Of a DNA stretch of 64,000 nt, positions 60,895 to 64,000 are shown in pieces. Location: NCBI GenBank assembly GCA_951406725.2, contig OX597819.1:24800001-24864000 (forward strand), given 5' to 3'. A model generated the notes under the pieces. It saw only the letters and a list, made by a program, of their open reading frames with translations. It ran no database searches and was not told where the DNA came from. The position numbers were made by a program, and so were the translations under genes. This DNA comes from Octopus vulgaris (Eukaryota). Position 1 is the stretch's first letter; each line of letters starts with the position of its first letter.

Positions 60895-61497
60895 CTCCCC
60901 ACTCATTCACTTTCCATCTCTTTCTCCTGTTTTTCTGATACCTGTCTGTTTCGAGATACAATAGAGCTTACACCACTGTTCAGTCTGTAGTGTTTGTCCT
61001 ACCGCCACTGTTTGTCCTACCGTAGGACAGTAGTGTTTGTCCTACCCATAGCTGTTATGATCCTTGTTGAAGTTGCTGTACTCGCTGTACTCGTTTGTGA
61101 CTAGACACCTAACCCAGCCTTGGCGTGATATATCTTGTGGTGTTAGCAATTTTCATAGTTGCACTGAAGCGAGCGACCTCTCCAGGGCACAATCCTGGAT
61201 TCTTATATGGAAATCATGAATTGTCTTGACAGAAAGTTGACACCAGTCTGTCTATAGAAATTGCCGGAAAGCATCGAGTCGAGTACCAAACTACCTTTCG
61301 GGATCAACTTCAGGTTTATTTATTATAAAGTTTATTCCCTAGCATTTTGGCACTGATGATATTTACCCATAACAAGCATGCGGTTTCGGGTTCAGTTCAA
61401 ATATTCGGCACTTTGGGCAAATATTTTCTACTATAGTTCCGGGTTGACCAATGCCTTGTGAGTGAATTTGGTTAGCGAAAACTGAGGGGAAGCCCGT

Positions 61498-61535
<38 letters not shown>

Positions 61536-61557
61536 AAGCCGTTGGCTCTAGGCCAAC

Positions 61558-61607
61558 GGGTCTGAAGAAACGCTTTATGTTTATGAACGTGAAACCCAGA
61601 GTAGCCT
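61558..61607 (+). ncRNA. Type I hammerhead-like motif
   Basis: GGGU-CUGAAGA-A-ACG(...)CGU-GAAA-C(ccaga)G-UA-GCCU; weak stem II; nested in the TA tract of a SINE-B. Confidence 0.5.
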
Positions 61608-61698
61608 ATAGACCAGCCATATCTATCTTTATATACTCTACTGCCCAATAACTTTAAGTGTGCTTCTCTTTCGGATTTATGATTTACTGAATATATAT

Positions 61699-61925
61699 GG
61701 CGAGCTGGCAGACAGTTAACGCGCCAGGCGAAATGCTTTGCGGTATTTCGTCTGTCGTTACGTTCTGAGTTCAAATTCCGCCGAGGTCGACTTTGCCTTT
61801 CATCCTTTCGGAGTCGATAAATAAAGTACCAGTTTCGCACTGGGGTAGATGTAATCGACTTAATCCCCTTTGTCTGTCCTTGTTTGTCCCCTCTATGTTT
61901 AGCCCCTTGTGGGCAATAAAGAAAT
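61699..61925 (+). mobile_element. SINE family A nested in a diverged SINE-B (~61370-62135)
   Basis: Full A monomer between B 5' and 3' halves. Confidence 0.88.
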
Positions 61926-62948
61926 ATGTGTGTGTGTGTGTGTGAATAGATATAGATATGCGTGTGTCTTTGTGTTTTGGCCTTCCTCACTGCTTGACAA
62001 CCAGTGTTTGTGTACGACCCCGTAGCTTAGAGGTTCGGCAGAAGACCGATAAGATAAGTATTAGACTTACCAAATGAATACTGGGATCGTTCGAGTAAAC
62101 TCTTCAACTGACTGTGAAACAAACGAAAGATAAAGAAAGCTAGGAATCTGTAATTCTAGGTTGGAGGCCCACTTTAGGCATACTGTCAGTCAGAGCTCGC
62201 TGTTACCGAGGTGGCTTGTGTCAGACAGAAGCACAACGCTCTCTACCATATGTTGCACAAGTAGAACAGTATTTATACATGTATAGTATGTTAAATGCTG
62301 TCTTACGTGTGGGACACTTAGTACATGGCCGTGTCAATGAATATTTTTCATTTGATCCGAATATAATATAAGCAATTCATAAGTTTTCTCTTATGACAAA
62401 TCAGAAATTGCAGACAATTGCTTGATTCAACTTTTTTTTTTCTTCTTCTTCGTCGTTATCGTTATTTTGAATGGGATATCGTAACGAATTCAAAAATACG
62501 AGATGCAGACGATAGCTTTCCTTCTATGGTATAACCATAGAAAGTAAACAAACCGACCTTCAAGTTTTTATTGAGCAAAATAAATAAATAAATAAATAAA
62601 CAAACAAAAATTAAACGATTTACTTTGGTTATTGAATTCATTTGTCATTTTCCCACGTAAGTTCAGTGTCGTTTGAATTTATTCATAAAACCTATAGTAA
62701 TAACTTCCTAAGGTTTCTAGAAGTTTTGAATTAGTATAATCTAACAGTACACGTGAACATTGCATGGTTATTTTGGCTACTGTAAGATATCAATAATTGT
62801 GTGTGTGTGGTTGTAAAGCAATGTAATTTTTAATGTTTTCCTCAATAGTTACCATTACTGTAGACAATTTTTTTTTTACCTAAACGAAAAGTATGTGCAA
62901 TCTATATCTGTATGTTATATGCACGCGCAGGGGCATATACAATTAAAC

Positions 62949-63127
62949 GGCGATCCTTCGATATAGGTACCGTCAGTACCGTAAGTGGCTTTGTTTACAT
63001 TTCTGAAGATAACAGAAACCCTTTTCTCCCACCCCTAACCCTAACCGTAACCCTAAACCTAACCCCCCATATATAAAACAAAAACACTTTCTTGAAATGT
63101 ATCCGGTACCTATAACGAAGTTACGCC
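62949..63127. mobile_element. Small GG-terminal MITE with internal (CCCTAA)n-like repeats
   Basis: Imperfect 24-bp TIRs GGCGATCCTTCGATATAGGTACCG / CGGTACCTATAACGAAGTTACGCC; CCCTAACCCTAACCGTAACCCTAAACCTAACC inside. Confidence 0.7.
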
Positions 63128-63613
63128 AAAATTATATCAGTATACCAAATTTGAAAATTTTCACTTAATCTTAAAATTTCAAAGATGGAAGCCAAACAGA
63201 AATGATCTCACGCTGTTTTTTTCCTGCCTCTTAGTGGCATGGAGAAATCTTGATTCCTAAAATTATCTCCCTTGCTCATTTGGGCTTATACCAATAGCCA
63301 ACAAACGCTTGGCCTTACCGTCTCTGGAAGCGGAGATGATTTCAATAAATCGAATACCTATCTTGTATGTTATTTAATTCCGTTTTGCTATAGGCACAAG
63401 GCTTGAAACTCTATAGGAGCGGAGGTGGGGGGTTCTATCGATTACATCGATCTCATTGCTTAACTGGTACTTATTTAATCGAGCTTCAAAGGACGAAAGG
63501 CAACATTGACCTCGAAATGTCGTTATGCACTTTATTTAACGTGCCAACAATTCTGTCAGCTCGTAACCCCATCAGTTTTTTTTTTGTTTGTTTTGTTATT
63601 TACTCTACCCTTT

Positions 63614-64000
63614 GTGGAGGCGCAATGGCCCAGTGGTTAGGGCAGCGGACTCGCGGTCATAGGATCGCGGTTTCGATTCCCAGACCGGGCGTTGTGAGTG
63701 TTTATTGAGCGAAAACACCTAAAAAGCTCCACGAGGCTCCGGGCAGGGGATGGTGGTGATCCCTGCTGTACTCTTTCACCACAACTTTCTCTCACTCTTA
63801 CTTCCTGTTTCTGTTGTACCTGTATTTCAAAGGGCCGGCCTTGTCACTCTCTGTGTCACGCTGAATATCCCCGAGAACTACGTTAAGGGTATACATGTCT
63901 GTGGAGTGCTCAGCCACTTACACGTTAATTTCACGAGCAGGCTGTTCCGTTGATTCGGATCAACCGGAACCCTCATCGTCGTAACCGACGGAGTGCTTCC
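63614..64000 (+). mobile_element. SINE family C full-length
   Basis: High identity to other C copies. Confidence 0.93.

Overview
AT-rich, repeat-saturated eukaryotic (metazoan) non-coding DNA. The SINE families and microsatellite load resemble an octopus (coleoid cephalopod) genome; this is inferred from recall, not from a search. I find no credible intact protein-coding gene: the ORF track mostly reads microsatellites and SINEs. Contents: three abundant tRNA-headed SINE families (called A, B, C here) plus older ones; five non-autonomous Helitrons; MITEs with hAT-, piggyBac-, mariner- and GG-terminal signatures, two carrying internal TTAGGG-like repeats; two 3' ends of a probable L1/Tx1-clade LINE; and Penelope-type fragments with minimal hammerhead-ribozyme cores. 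Splice signals suggest divergent first exons near 14.6-15.5 kb and a possible exon near 55.3-55.7 kb, so much of the window may be one large intron. Most notable: five hammerhead-like cores, two as an inverted pair; SINE-A multimers always joined at the same internal site; a perfect 106-bp SINE hairpin; and a 160-215 bp apparent target-site duplication (TSD). Ends of diverged repeats are approximate.
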